DNA of 41,756 bases from Chthoniobacteraceae bacterium (lineage in GTDB: Bacteria; Verrucomicrobiota; Verrucomicrobiia; Chthoniobacterales; Chthoniobacteraceae). The translations under genes were made by a program, and so were the position numbers. Position 1 is the first letter of the stretch. Every line of letters begins with the position of its first letter. Below, piece by piece: positions 18,479 to 30,011 of the stretch. The DNA lies in NCBI GenBank assembly GCA_040081625.1, contig JBEBGD010000041.1, forward strand, positions 1-41,756. The letters are read 5' to 3'. Under the pieces are notes generated by a model. That model was not told where the DNA came from and made no database searches. It was given only the letters and a program-made list of their open reading frames with translations.

Positions 18479-19327
18479 TTACTTGGCTTTGGTCGCATTG
18501 CGCCGCTGCACGATGAAGCGGTCGGTGGTCTTGTGTTTGGGGCGGGTCTTGAAGCCTTTGGCGAGCTGGCCCCACGGCGAGACGGGATGATGACGGCCGC
18601 CACCACCCTTGGATTTTCCCTGTCCGCCACCCATCGGATGGTCAATCGGGTTCATCACCATGCCGCGCACGGTTGGGCGGATGCCGAGCCAGCGACTCCG
18701 GCCGGCCTTGCCGCTCTTGACGTTCATGTGCTCAACGTTTCCGACCTGACCGATCGTCGCGTAGCACTTGACGTGAATCTTGCGGATCTCACCCGAAGGC
18801 AACTTCACGAGCGCGTAGTCGGCTTCGCGATTCATCAGAATCGCCTGCTGGCCCGCGGATCGCGCAATCTGGCCGCCGCGACCGGGCGTGAATTCGATGT
18901 TGTGAACGGCTGTGCCGAGCGGAATGACTCCGAGCGGCAGCGCGTTACCGGGCTTGGGCTCGGCATCCTCACCAGCCATCAGCTTTTGGCCCACGGTCAC
19001 TCCCACCGGCGCAAGAATGTAAGTCTTCTCGCCGTCAGCATACTTGAGCAGCGCGATCCGGCAGGTGCGATTCGGATCATACTCGATTGCAATGACTTCG
19101 GCCTCGATTCCTCTCTTCTTGCGCTTGAAGTCGATGATCCGATAGCGTTGCTTGTGGCCACCGCCTCGATGGCGGCAGGTGATGCGACCATGGTGGTTGC
19201 GACCGCCTGATTTCTTCTTCGGCTCGGTTAGTTTCCACTCGGGCTTAAGCTTGGTGATCTCGGAAAAATCCGGGAGCACCTTGAAGCGCATGCTCGGCGT
19301 GATTGGGCGAAAGGTTTTGAGTCCCAT
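18479..19327 (-). CDS. rplB: 50S ribosomal protein L2
   Basis: [38 protein letters not shown]. Confidence 0.98.
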   Translation of the reverse strand: MGLKTFRPITPSMRFKVLPDFSEITKLKPEWKLTEPKKKSGGRNHHGRITCRHRGGGHKQRYRIIDFKRKKRGIEAEVIAIEYDPNRTCRIALLKYADGEKTYILAPVGVTVGQKLMAGEDAEPKPGNALPLGVIPLGTAVHNIEFTPGRGGQIARSAGQQAILMNREADYALVKLPSGEIRKIHVKCYATIGQVGNVEHMNVKSGKAGRSRWLGIRPTVRGMVMNPIDHPMGGGQGKSKGGGGRHHPVSPWGQLAKGFKTRPKHKTTDRFIVQRRNATKAK

Positions 19328-19348
19328 GTCAGTAAATCAGGGTCGGTG

Positions 19349-19633
19349 TTAGGCGAGTTCGATTTTCTCGCCCTCGGCGAGTTGCACGATGGCCTTCTTC
19401 CAGTCGCTGGTGAACCCCGCAGCCGCAGTGCGCTGGCGTCGCGCCTTGCCCGGGAAGACCATAGTGTTCACTTTCACGACCTTCTTCTTGAAAAGAGTCT
19501 CGATGGCGTGCTTAATCTGCGGCTTGGTTGCCCACGGACGCACTCGAAACACGTATTTATTCTCCGACTCGGTGTGGCGCATTGCCTTTTCCGTCAGGCA
19601 GATGGTCTGGATGATATCGTGCGGCTCGTTCAT
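19349..19633 (-). CDS. rplW: 50S ribosomal protein L23
   Basis: TEKA, KYVFRV, KVNT, WKKAIVQL. Confidence 0.97.
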   Translation of the reverse strand: MNEPHDIIQTICLTEKAMRHTESENKYVFRVRPWATKPQIKHAIETLFKKKVVKVNTMVFPGKARRQRTAAAGFTSDWKKAIVQLAEGEKIELA

Positions 19634-20250
19634 TTGCTAAGGGCCATGCGTTTCGCGAGTTGCGCCAGCGCGTCGTCAGTGATGAGGATCTTCTTAAATC
19701 GCAACAGATCCTCGGTGTTGGCATCGATCGCGCGTTTTAAGCGCGGCCCCCGCACGTTGCGCGCTGAGCGCAGCGTGGGCTCGTCAAAACCCACCGCGAG
19801 CACAAGCGTCTTCCGCTCAGTCGAAACTTTGTCGAGCACTGCGATGAATTCTTTGGTCTTGCCTTCCGGAACTGAAAACCCGTCAATCATCAACACGTCG
19901 CCATTGAGCACGCGCTCACTGAAGGCCTTGCGCAACGCGACTTTGGTCACCTTCCGGTTGACCTTTTTGGAGTAATCCCGCGGCTTCGGTCCGAACACGA
20001 CACCACCGCCCCGCCAGATCGGCGAGCGCTTCTCACCGGCACGCGCCCGACCGGTGCCTTTTTGGCGCCATGGCTTCGCATTGCTCCCCGAGACCTCGCC
20101 GCGCGTCTTTGTATTGGCCGAGCCGCTGCGACGCCCGGCATGGAGCGCGACGACCACGTCGTGGACGGCTTGATTGTATTTGTCCTCTTCCTGGACGATT
20201 TCGATGTTTGCCGCCTTCGCGGCGTCGATGGTGAGGATAGTCGTTGCCAT
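19630..20250 (-). CDS. rplD: 50S ribosomal protein L4
   Basis: [34 protein letters not shown]. Confidence 0.98.
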   Translation of the reverse strand: MATTILTIDAAKAANIEIVQEEDKYNQAVHDVVVALHAGRRSGSANTKTRGEVSGSNAKPWRQKGTGRARAGEKRSPIWRGGGVVFGPKPRDYSKKVNRKVTKVALRKAFSERVLNGDVLMIDGFSVPEGKTKEFIAVLDKVSTERKTLVLAVGFDEPTLRSARNVRGPRLKRAIDANTEDLLRFKKILITDDALAQLAKRMALSK

Positions 20251-20253
20251 GTC

Positions 20254-20904
20254 TTACTTCGCGGCCCCCAGGTTTACTTTTTTCTTGGCCGGACGCACGA
20301 CCACATAGCTTCCGTTCGCGCCCGGGATTGCTCCGGTGACGAGGATCACTCCCTCAGCTTCGCGCACCTGCGCGATGCGGAGGTTTTGCACGGTCACACG
20401 CTTGTTGCCCATGTGCCCCGGCATGCCCATATTCTTCCAGACGCGGCCCGGAGTCGAGCGGTTTCCAATTGCACCATTGCGGCGGTGCATCATCGAACCG
20501 TGCGTTTCCGGCTGGCCGGACATGTGGTGCCTCTTGAGGACGCCTTGGAATCCCTTGCCCTTGGTCTGTCCGATCACATCGACCCAGTCGCCCACGGCGA
20601 ACTGCTTTACGCTCAAGTCGAGTGCGGTATCGATCTTCACGTCGTCTGCGAGGCGGAACTCACGCACCCGCTTCTTTGGCGTGGACCCAAACTTTGCAAA
20701 TACGCCAAGCATCGGCTTGGTCACTCGATGCGGTCTCTGCTCGTCGTATCCGACCTGCACCCCGACATAGCCATGCTTTTCCCTGGTCTTAAGCTCCAGC
20801 TGCGTGTTGCCACCGGCTTCGATCACCGTGACACACGTGGATACTCCGGCCTCATCGTAGAGGCGGGTCATGCCGACTTTGCGGCCAAGCAATCCGATCT
20901 TCAT
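20254..20904 (-). CDS. rplC: 50S ribosomal protein L3
   Basis: GRKVGMT, KGKGFQGV.KR, PGRVWK..GMPGHMG. Confidence 0.98.
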   Translation of the reverse strand: MKIGLLGRKVGMTRLYDEAGVSTCVTVIEAGGNTQLELKTREKHGYVGVQVGYDEQRPHRVTKPMLGVFAKFGSTPKKRVREFRLADDVKIDTALDLSVKQFAVGDWVDVIGQTKGKGFQGVLKRHHMSGQPETHGSMMHRRNGAIGNRSTPGRVWKNMGMPGHMGNKRVTVQNLRIAQVREAEGVILVTGAIPGANGSYVVVRPAKKKVNLGAAK

Positions 20905-20924
20905 TTTAGTTCGCCGGCTCCTGG

Positions 20925-21233
20925 TTAGATCTTGATGGTGATATCCACGCCAGCCGGCAGATTGAGCTTCTTGAGCTCATCGACGGTCTTGGCTGTGGGC
21001 TCGACGATGTCGAGCAGCCGCTTGTGGGTTCGGATCTCAAATTGATCCATCGACTTTTTGTCCACGTGCGGCGAGCGGTTGACAGTGAATTTCTCGATCC
21101 GGGTCGGCAGAGGAATCGGGCCAACCACCTGTGCGCCGGTGCGCTTGGCGGTCTCCACGATCTCCTGTGCCGACGCGTCGAGCGTGCGGTAGTCGAAAGC
21201 TTTCAGACGGATGCGGATGCGTTGTCCTTGCAT
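20925..21233 (-). CDS. rpsJ: 30S ribosomal protein S10
   Basis: [33 protein letters not shown]. Confidence 0.98.
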   Translation of the reverse strand: MQGQRIRIRLKAFDYRTLDASAQEIVETAKRTGAQVVGPIPLPTRIEKFTVNRSPHVDKKSMDQFEIRTHKRLLDIVEPTAKTVDELKKLNLPAGVDITIKI

Positions 21234-21235
21234 GA

Positions 21236-23407
<2,172 letters not shown>

Positions 23408-23411
23408 CGCC

Positions 23412-23885
23412 TTAGAATCGGAAGTGAGCAAATGCGCGGTTCGCCTGCGCCATCTTGTGAGTGTCGTCGCGCTTCTTGACTGCGTTACCCTGGAGCGCCG
23501 CAGCGTCCTTTAGCTCAGCCGCGAGCGCCTTCATCATCGGAATATTCTTCCGGGTCTGCGCGAAGCCGACAATCCAGCGCATCGCGAGCGCGAGCTGGCG
23601 ATGCGGCGGCACCTCCATCGGCACCTGATACGTCGCGCCACCGACGCGACGGCTCTTCACTTCGAGGCGCGGCTTCACGTTGTCGATCGCCTTGTTGAGC
23701 ACTTCGAGCGGATCAACCGAGTCGCTCCCCTGTCGCGTCTCCTCGATGGCATTATAAACAATGCGCTCCGCGAGCGACTTCTTGCCGTCCTGCATGATGC
23801 TGGCGATGAGCCGCGCCACCACGGGTGAACCGTAGCGACTATCGAGCTTTTCTGTTTTGCGGATGATGCGGCGACGACGAGCCAT
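23412..23885 (-). CDS. rpsG: 30S ribosomal protein S7
   Basis: [34 protein letters not shown]. Confidence 0.98.
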   Translation of the reverse strand: MARRRRIIRKTEKLDSRYGSPVVARLIASIMQDGKKSLAERIVYNAIEETRQGSDSVDPLEVLNKAIDNVKPRLEVKSRRVGGATYQVPMEVPPHRQLALAMRWIVGFAQTRKNIPMMKALAAELKDAAALQGNAVKKRDDTHKMAQANRAFAHFRF

Positions 23886-23909
23886 GAGTCAGGTCAGTTT
23901 GAATGTGGG

Positions 23910-24314
<405 letters not shown>

Positions 24315-24489
24315 GTGTGGTTGAAAAAGTCGGTTCGTTACAGACGGAGCGACGCATCGTGAGACGCGCGCTCCTTTCTCTCCTCCCGCCACATCACCCG
24401 ACGAAGCGACGCTCGGGTGACTCACCAGACCGAAGCCGGGAGCCGCGAGAGCGCGAAATTCATCGCGAGAGCGCAAGAAAAGGGCCGGC
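24315..24489 (-). promoter_or_regulatory. Structured 5' leader of the str superoperon (candidate cis-regulatory RNA)
   Basis: Stems: 24452-24467 (CGCGA/TCGCG); nested 24378-24451 (CTCTC..CTCCCG/CGGGAG..GAGAG enclosing TCACCCGA/TCGGGTGA); 24346-24374 (GGAGCG-CGCGTC/GATGCG-CGCTCC). Confidence 0.5.
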
Positions 24490-24518
24490 TATTTAGAAGT
24501 GCTCCAAGAATCGCGCAA
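24490..24518 (-). promoter_or_regulatory. Candidate sigma70 promoter of the str operon
   Basis: Minus strand TTGCGC-N17-TAAATA followed by a GC-rich discriminator-like GCCGGCCC. Confidence 0.45.
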
Positions 24519-24565
24519 GCGAGATTTGCAGATTTCTTTTAGGGAGCAGCACAATCGCCCGCTCC

Positions 24566-24593
24566 TTGCTCGCGCGGCAGCACGCGCTACCCT
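24566..24593 (+). promoter_or_regulatory. Candidate sigma70 promoter, near-leaderless
   Basis: TTGCTC-N16-TACCCT, then 9 nt to ATG 24603. Confidence 0.5.
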
Positions 24594-24602
24594 GCCCGCC
24601 TC

Positions 24603-25883
24603 ATGCTCCCGCAGCTCGTCCTCCGCACCCTCCGCACCGCCGATCCGAAATGCATCGGCAAGTTCCTCTGGAACTTCGGCGTGAAGGGGATGCTCTCGGT
24701 CGAGCGCTTCAAGGCGCGGCTGCGGCGCGGCGAATACTTCCCGCCCTTCCTCTACGTCTCCATCATCAACTCCTGCAACCTGCGCTGCCAGGGCTGCTGG
24801 GTGGATGTGGAGGCCGAGCGCAGCACGCTCGACATCGAGGCGATGAACCGGCTCATCAACGACGCGAAGGCGCACGGGAACGTGTTCTTCGGCCTGCTCG
24901 GCGGCGAGCCTTTCATGCACCCGGAGCTGATGGACATCCTCGCGGCGCACCCGGACTGCTACTTCCAGGTGTTCACGAACGGGCAGTTCATCACCGAGAA
25001 AGTCGCGACACGACTGCGCGAGCTGGGGAATGTAACGCCGCTCATTTCCATCGAGGGCCGCGACCTCGTGAGCGACGAGCGCCGGGGAAAAAAGGACGTG
25101 CTCAACAAGACGATGCGCGGTCTCGAGAACGCGCTCAAGGCGCGGCTGCTCGTGGGCGTCGCGACGAGTGTCTGTCAGACGAATATCGCCGACCTCTGCA
25201 CCGAGTCGTGGCTGCGCGAGCTGATCGACCGCGGCGTTCACTACGTCTGGTATCACACGTATCGCCCCGTGGGTCCGAAGATGAATCCGCAGCTCGCGCT
25301 CACGCCCGCGCAACTCGTGGAGGTGCGCCGTTTCGTGGTCGAGATGCGCGCGAAGATGCCCATCGCGATGATCGACGCCTACTACGGTCACGACGGCAAG
25401 GCGCTCTGCCCGATGAGCACCGGCATCTCCCATCACATCAGCCCGTATGGCGACATCGAGCCGTGCCCGATCATCCAGTTTGCCAAGGAGACGGTGCGCG
25501 ACGAGCGCGGCATCTTCGAGACGATCCGCAGTTCGGAGTTCATCCGCGACTTCCGCGAGATCAGCGCCGAGGCGACGCGCGGCTGCGTGGTGCTGGAGCG
25601 TCCCGACCTCGTGAAGAGCCTCGTCGAGAAGCACGGCGCCCGCGATACGACAGCGCGCGGCACGGCGATGGCGGAGTTGGAGGCGATGGCGCCACGCTTC
25701 AGCCAGTGGCTGCCCGGCGAGGAAGTGCCCGAGAAGCACTGGATGTATCGGCTCGCGAAGAAGTATTGGTTCAACGACTTCGGCGCCTACGCGAAGGCCG
25801 ACCACGACGGCACCGCGCGCAAGAAAGCCGCCGCGCTGGTGAAGGCCGCCGCGCCGCAGCCGCGCGAGACGGCGGGCGTGTAG
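24603..25883 (+). CDS. Radical SAM protein with Twitch/SPASM-type C-terminus (COG0535-like)
   Basis: CNLRCQGC (CxxxCxxC), GGEPF, FTNG, ISIEG; C-terminal CPMSTG..HISPYGDIEPCP..GC. Confidence 0.92.
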   Translation: MLPQLVLRTLRTADPKCIGKFLWNFGVKGMLSVERFKARLRRGEYFPPFLYVSIINSCNLRCQGCWVDVEAERSTLDIEAMNRLINDAKAHGNVFFGLLGGEPFMHPELMDILAAHPDCYFQVFTNGQFITEKVATRLRELGNVTPLISIEGRDLVSDERRGKKDVLNKTMRGLENALKARLLVGVATSVCQTNIADLCTESWLRELIDRGVHYVWYHTYRPVGPKMNPQLALTPAQLVEVRRFVVEMRAKMPIAMIDAYYGHDGKALCPMSTGISHHISPYGDIEPCPIIQFAKETVRDERGIFETIRSSEFIRDFREISAEATRGCVVLERPDLVKSLVEKHGARDTTARGTAMAELEAMAPRFSQWLPGEEVPEKHWMYRLAKKYWFNDFGAYAKADHDGTARKKAAALVKAAAPQPRETAGV

Positions 25884-25893
25884 CGCTGCGCCG

Positions 25894-26610
25894 ATGTTTC
25901 GCTCCATCCCCCACCAGCGCTTTCTCGCCATCCTCGGCGCGCTGTTCGCCGTGGTCTTCACGCTCGGCGCGATCAAGCCGCATCACCCCGCCGACTGGCT
26001 GCTGGAGAATGTCCTCGTCGTCGTGTTCGTCGTGCTCGTCTTCGCGTTCCGGCGGCGGCTGATTTTCTCACGCGTCAGCTACGCGCTCATCTTCGTCTTC
26101 CTCTGTCTGCACGAACTCGGCTCGCACTACACCTACGCCGAGGTGCCGTATCAGCAGTGGTTCCCCGCGCTCGACGGCGGCCGCAACCACTTCGACCGGC
26201 TCGTGCATTTCCTCTACGGCCTGCTGCTCGCCTATCCGATCCGCGAGATCTTCCTGCGCGTCGCGGATGTGCGCGGGTTCTGGGGTTACTTCCTGCCGCT
26301 CGATCTCACCATGTCGTCGTCGATGCTCTACGAGCTGATCGAGTGGCTCGCCGCCGGCGTCTTCGGCGGAGAACTCGGTGCGGCGTATCTCGGCACGCAG
26401 GGCGACGTGTGGGACGCGCACAAGGACATGGCGCTCGCATCCGGCGGCGCGCTCATCGCGATGCTCACCACCGCCGCGATGAATGCGCGGCTCCAGCGCG
26501 ACTTCACGCGCGAGTGGATCGAGAGCCTGCGCGTGAAACATCCCGCGCCGCTCGGCGAAGACGAGATCGCTCGGATGCAGGACCGCTATCGGCCCGCGCC
26601 GAAGCAGTAG
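25894..26610 (+). CDS. DUF2238 / YjdF-family inner membrane protein
   Basis: HYTYAEVP, RNHFDRLVHF, YELIEW, YLGTQGDVWDAHKDM. Confidence 0.88.
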   Translation: MFRSIPHQRFLAILGALFAVVFTLGAIKPHHPADWLLENVLVVVFVVLVFAFRRRLIFSRVSYALIFVFLCLHELGSHYTYAEVPYQQWFPALDGGRNHFDRLVHFLYGLLLAYPIREIFLRVADVRGFWGYFLPLDLTMSSSMLYELIEWLAAGVFGGELGAAYLGTQGDVWDAHKDMALASGGALIAMLTTAAMNARLQRDFTREWIESLRVKHPAPLGEDEIARMQDRYRPAPKQ

Positions 26611-27845
26611 GCGTAGCGACCGGTGCGCAGGAGGATCTGCTCGTTCGAGACCGCCGGGCTTGCGTTGCTGACGCTGTCGTCGCCCGCGATCACATTCGTC
26701 GCGAGCACCTCGAACTGCGGCTTCGCGGCGAGCACCATCGTGCCGCTCGTGCGGCTCACGTAGTAAAGCCGGTCGCCGCTGAGCACCGGCGACGCATACC
26801 AGCGGTCGCGCTTGCGCGACATCGGCTGCTCATAGACGACCGCGCCCGTCTTCGCGTCGAGGCAGAGCGCCATGCCGCGCGCGTCGTTCACGAAATAGAT
26901 GTGACCGTCGCGATACACGGGCGAGCCGACGTTCGATCCCTTCACCGCTTCCCACACGACGTGCGTCGCACTCACGTCGCCTTTGCCGCCCGCGCGCACC
27001 GCCATCGATTCGCCCTTTGGGCTGCCGAGAATGAATATGACGCCATCGTGCGCGAGGACAGACGGACACAGCTCCGCGGCCTTGATGCTCCGGGACGACC
27101 ACAACTCCGCGCCCGTCTTTGGATCGAAGGCGCGCAGCTTCCCGCTCGCGCTGATGACGAGTTCGTCGTGCCCGTCCACTTGCACGATCGTCGGAGTATT
27201 CCACGAGTTCGGGAATCGGTTCGCGCTCCACACGGTCTTGCCCGTGCGCTTGTCGAGCGCGAGCAGCGTGTCGCTCTCGAGCGCCGCGTTCACGATGAGC
27301 AGGTCGCCGTAAAGAATCGGCGACGAGCCGTGGCCCCAGTCGTGCGCGCGGTCGCCGACGCTCACGTCCCAGAGCTTCTTTCCATTGATGCCGAACGCGT
27401 GAACGCCCGCATTGCCGAAGAAGAAGAACACGCTCGCGCCATCGCTAACCGCGCTGCTCGAAGCGTAGCCGTGCATGGTGATGTATTGGCCCTGATACGG
27501 CTTGTCGGGCAGGTCGGTCTTCACCTCGTGCTGCCACAGGATCTTCCCATCGCGCCGGCTCAGGCAGATCGCGTGGCGCTTCAAGTTGCTCATCTCGCCT
27601 GGTGCAGACGCGTCCACGCCGTAGCCGCTGTAGCTCGTGAGAAAGACGCGCTCGCCCACGACGATCGGGCTCGACGACCCTGGCCCCGGCAGCTCCGTGC
27701 GCCAGACGAGATTCTCCTTCTCGCTCCACGTCAGCGGCAGGCTCGTCTCGGTCGTCACGCCGTCGCCTCTCGGCCCGCGGAAGCGCGGCCAGTCGGCGGC
27801 GAACGAAACAAGGCTGAGGCAGAACAGGGCGAGCGGGAGGTGCAT
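26586..27845 (-). CDS. Secreted PQQ-like beta-propeller protein (BamB-like repeat family)
   Basis: Signal peptide, ADWPRFRGP, repeated SSP..G and LDxxTGxxxW blades. Confidence 0.88.
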   Translation of the reverse strand: MHLPLALFCLSLVSFAADWPRFRGPRGDGVTTETSLPLTWSEKENLVWRTELPGPGSSSPIVVGERVFLTSYSGYGVDASAPGEMSNLKRHAICLSRRDGKILWQHEVKTDLPDKPYQGQYITMHGYASSSAVSDGASVFFFFGNAGVHAFGINGKKLWDVSVGDRAHDWGHGSSPILYGDLLIVNAALESDTLLALDKRTGKTVWSANRFPNSWNTPTIVQVDGHDELVISASGKLRAFDPKTGAELWSSRSIKAAELCPSVLAHDGVIFILGSPKGESMAVRAGGKGDVSATHVVWEAVKGSNVGSPVYRDGHIYFVNDARGMALCLDAKTGAVVYEQPMSRKRDRWYASPVLSGDRLYYVSRTSGTMVLAAKPQFEVLATNVIAGDDSVSNASPAVSNEQILLRTGRYAYCFGAGR

Positions 27846-27933
27846 GGCATGATCTGGCCGCGGAGTGCCGCACGTGACCACTACCGCTTTGGGCGCTTGA
27901 GCCGCGGAGGTCGCGGGGGTTTAACCACTCACC

Positions 27934-29012
27934 ATGAAACCCCTGCTCTCCCTCGCCCTCACTCTCGCCGTCGCCGCGTCCGCTCACGCCGCGGTGCTCG
28001 GCCGCACCACCACCGGCAAACCCGCCATTAAGCGCATCGACGTAATCGAGTTCGCTCCGGAGGGCGTGCTCCTGCTCGGCGACGGCGCGGGCGCGCAGAT
28101 CTTCGCCGTGAAGACCGACGACAAACCCGGCGCGAAACTTCCCGCGAAACTATCCGGCATCAACGCGCGCCTCGCTGCGAAGATCGGCGCGAAGCCGGAC
28201 GGCATCGAGATCCTCGACTTCGCCGTGAGCCCCACGAGCGGCGCCGCCGTCTTCTCGGTGCGCAAGCAGGACGACAAAAGCTACCTGCTCTTGACGCTCC
28301 GCGGCGAAGAGATCGGCCTGCTCGATCTCGATAAGGTCACCTACGCGCGCATCCCGCTGCCGAGCGGCGATCAGGCGCCCGTCGCGAAGATCACCGACAT
28401 CGCGTGGGCCGAGGACCGCATCGTCGCGGGCGCTTCGGCGAACGAGGAGTTCGCGTCGAAGATCTTCCTCGCCCGCGCGCCGCTCAATCACGACGAAGCC
28501 GGCGAACTCCACAGCGCGGAGACTTACCACGTCGCGCATCGCAAGTGGGAGACGAAGGCGCCGATGAGCACGATCCTGCCCTTCCGCGAAGGCGGCCAGA
28601 CGTGGCTCGCGGGCGCCTTCTCCTGCACGCCGGTCGTGAAGTATCCGCTCGATGCGCTCCAGCCCGGCGCGAAAATCAAAGGCATCAGCGTGCTCGAACT
28701 CGGCTCCGGCAACCGCCCGCTCGACATGTTCACCTACGAGAAGGGCGGCACCGAATACGTGCTCGCCGCGACCTTCCGATTCCACCACGAGAAGAAGCCC
28801 TTCGGCCCGAGTCCGTATTGGACAGTGCGCTTCGAGCGCTCACTGCTCGCCGAGCAGGAAGCCGTGAACGAGAAAGCGCTGCTCCGCCTCAACGGCAACG
28901 AACCCGCCACGCCGCGCGTGAAGATGATCGAAGCCTACCACGGCGTGATGCAGATGGACCGCGTCGGCAAGGACCACGCCGCCGTGCTGCGCATGGGTGA
29001 AGCCGGCGCTCA
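27934..29012 (+). CDS. Secreted hypothetical protein; real 3' end uncertain (ORF reads through to 29523, stop probably lost)
   Basis: Signal peptide MKPLLSLALTLAVAASAHA. The sequence looks like a normal protein (ETYHVAHRKWETKAP, ELGSGNRPLDM) up to about 29010, then turns into S/R-rich off-frame-like sequence overlapping the next gene. Confidence 0.7.
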
Positions 29013-30011
29013 ATGGCTTGCGTCTTCCTCGTCGCCGCATCCGCACTCGCCGCGCCGCCGGTCGTGCGCGTGCTCGACGAACCGACGCGCATCGAAGTGT
29101 CCGCAGAGACGCCGGCGGGTGTCGCGCTGCTCGACGAGCGCGGCGAGCCCGGCCCGCCGATCCTCGGCACGGAGCGGCGGGAAGGCGCGCGTTTCATCTT
29201 CGAGCCGCGCTTCGCGCTCGCTCCGGGCGCGCGTTACCGCGCGAGCGCGGGCGGCGAGCATACGGACTTTCGCATCGCCGACGCACCGAGGCGCGCTGCT
29301 CCGGAAGTCGCGGCGGTGCATCCCGCGGGCTCCGAGGTGCCGGCGAACCTGCTCAAGTTCTACCTCCACTTCTCGCAGCCGATGCGCGAAGGGCGCGAGG
29401 TATTCACGCACATCCATCTGCTCGACGGCGCGGGCCGCGAGATCAGCGGGCCATGGCGCGACACGGAGCTTTGGACCGAGGACGGCAAGCGGCTCACACT
29501 CTGGATTCATCCCGGCCGGGTGAAGCGCGGCGTGAACCTGCGCGAGGAGTTCGGCCCCGTGATGCAACCCGGCGAACGCTACACGCTCGTCGTCGCGACG
29601 ACGCTGCGCGACGCCGAGGGACAGCCGCTCGCTCGGGACTTTCGCCGCACGTTTATCGCAACCGCCGAAATGCATGCCCGGCTCGACCTCGCCGGGTGGA
29701 AGCTCCAAGCACCGCGCGCCGGCACCCGCGAGCCGCTGCGCGTGGTCGCGACGGCGCCGCTCGATCACGCGCTCGCGCTACGCTGCCTGCGGGTGCGCGG
29801 AGTCGAGGGCGGCGCTGCGCTGGCGGACGACGGGCGCGAGTGGAGCTTCACGCCCGCGTCGCCGTGGAAGGCCGCGACGCACACGCTCAGCGCGGACGCG
29901 TGGCTCGAGGATCTCGCGGGGAATACGTTCGAGCGCGTCTTCGACAATGACATGACCGCGGCTCCGGGGCGTGTGCCGCAGACGTCGCGCGAGTTTGCAC
30001 CGTCGCGCTAG
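29013..30011 (+). CDS. Hypothetical exported protein with Ig-like domains
   Basis: Hydrophobic N-terminus (VFLVAASALAA), beta-rich, motifs VPANLLKFYLHFSQPM, ELW..DGKRLTL..HPGRVKRG, LEDLAGN. Confidence 0.75.
   Translation: MACVFLVAASALAAPPVVRVLDEPTRIEVSAETPAGVALLDERGEPGPPILGTERREGARFIFEPRFALAPGARYRASAGGEHTDFRIADAPRRAAPEVAAVHPAGSEVPANLLKFYLHFSQPMREGREVFTHIHLLDGAGREISGPWRDTELWTEDGKRLTLWIHPGRVKRGVNLREEFGPVMQPGERYTLVVATTLRDAEGQPLARDFRRTFIATAEMHARLDLAGWKLQAPRAGTREPLRVVATAPLDHALALRCLRVRGVEGGAALADDGREWSFTPASPWKAATHTLSADAWLEDLAGNTFERVFDNDMTAAPGRVPQTSREFAPSR

Noticed and set aside
24315..24476. N-terminal extension of S12 suggested by the ORF track
   Set aside because: The canonical MPTINQL start is at 24314; the upstream part is better explained as a structured leader.
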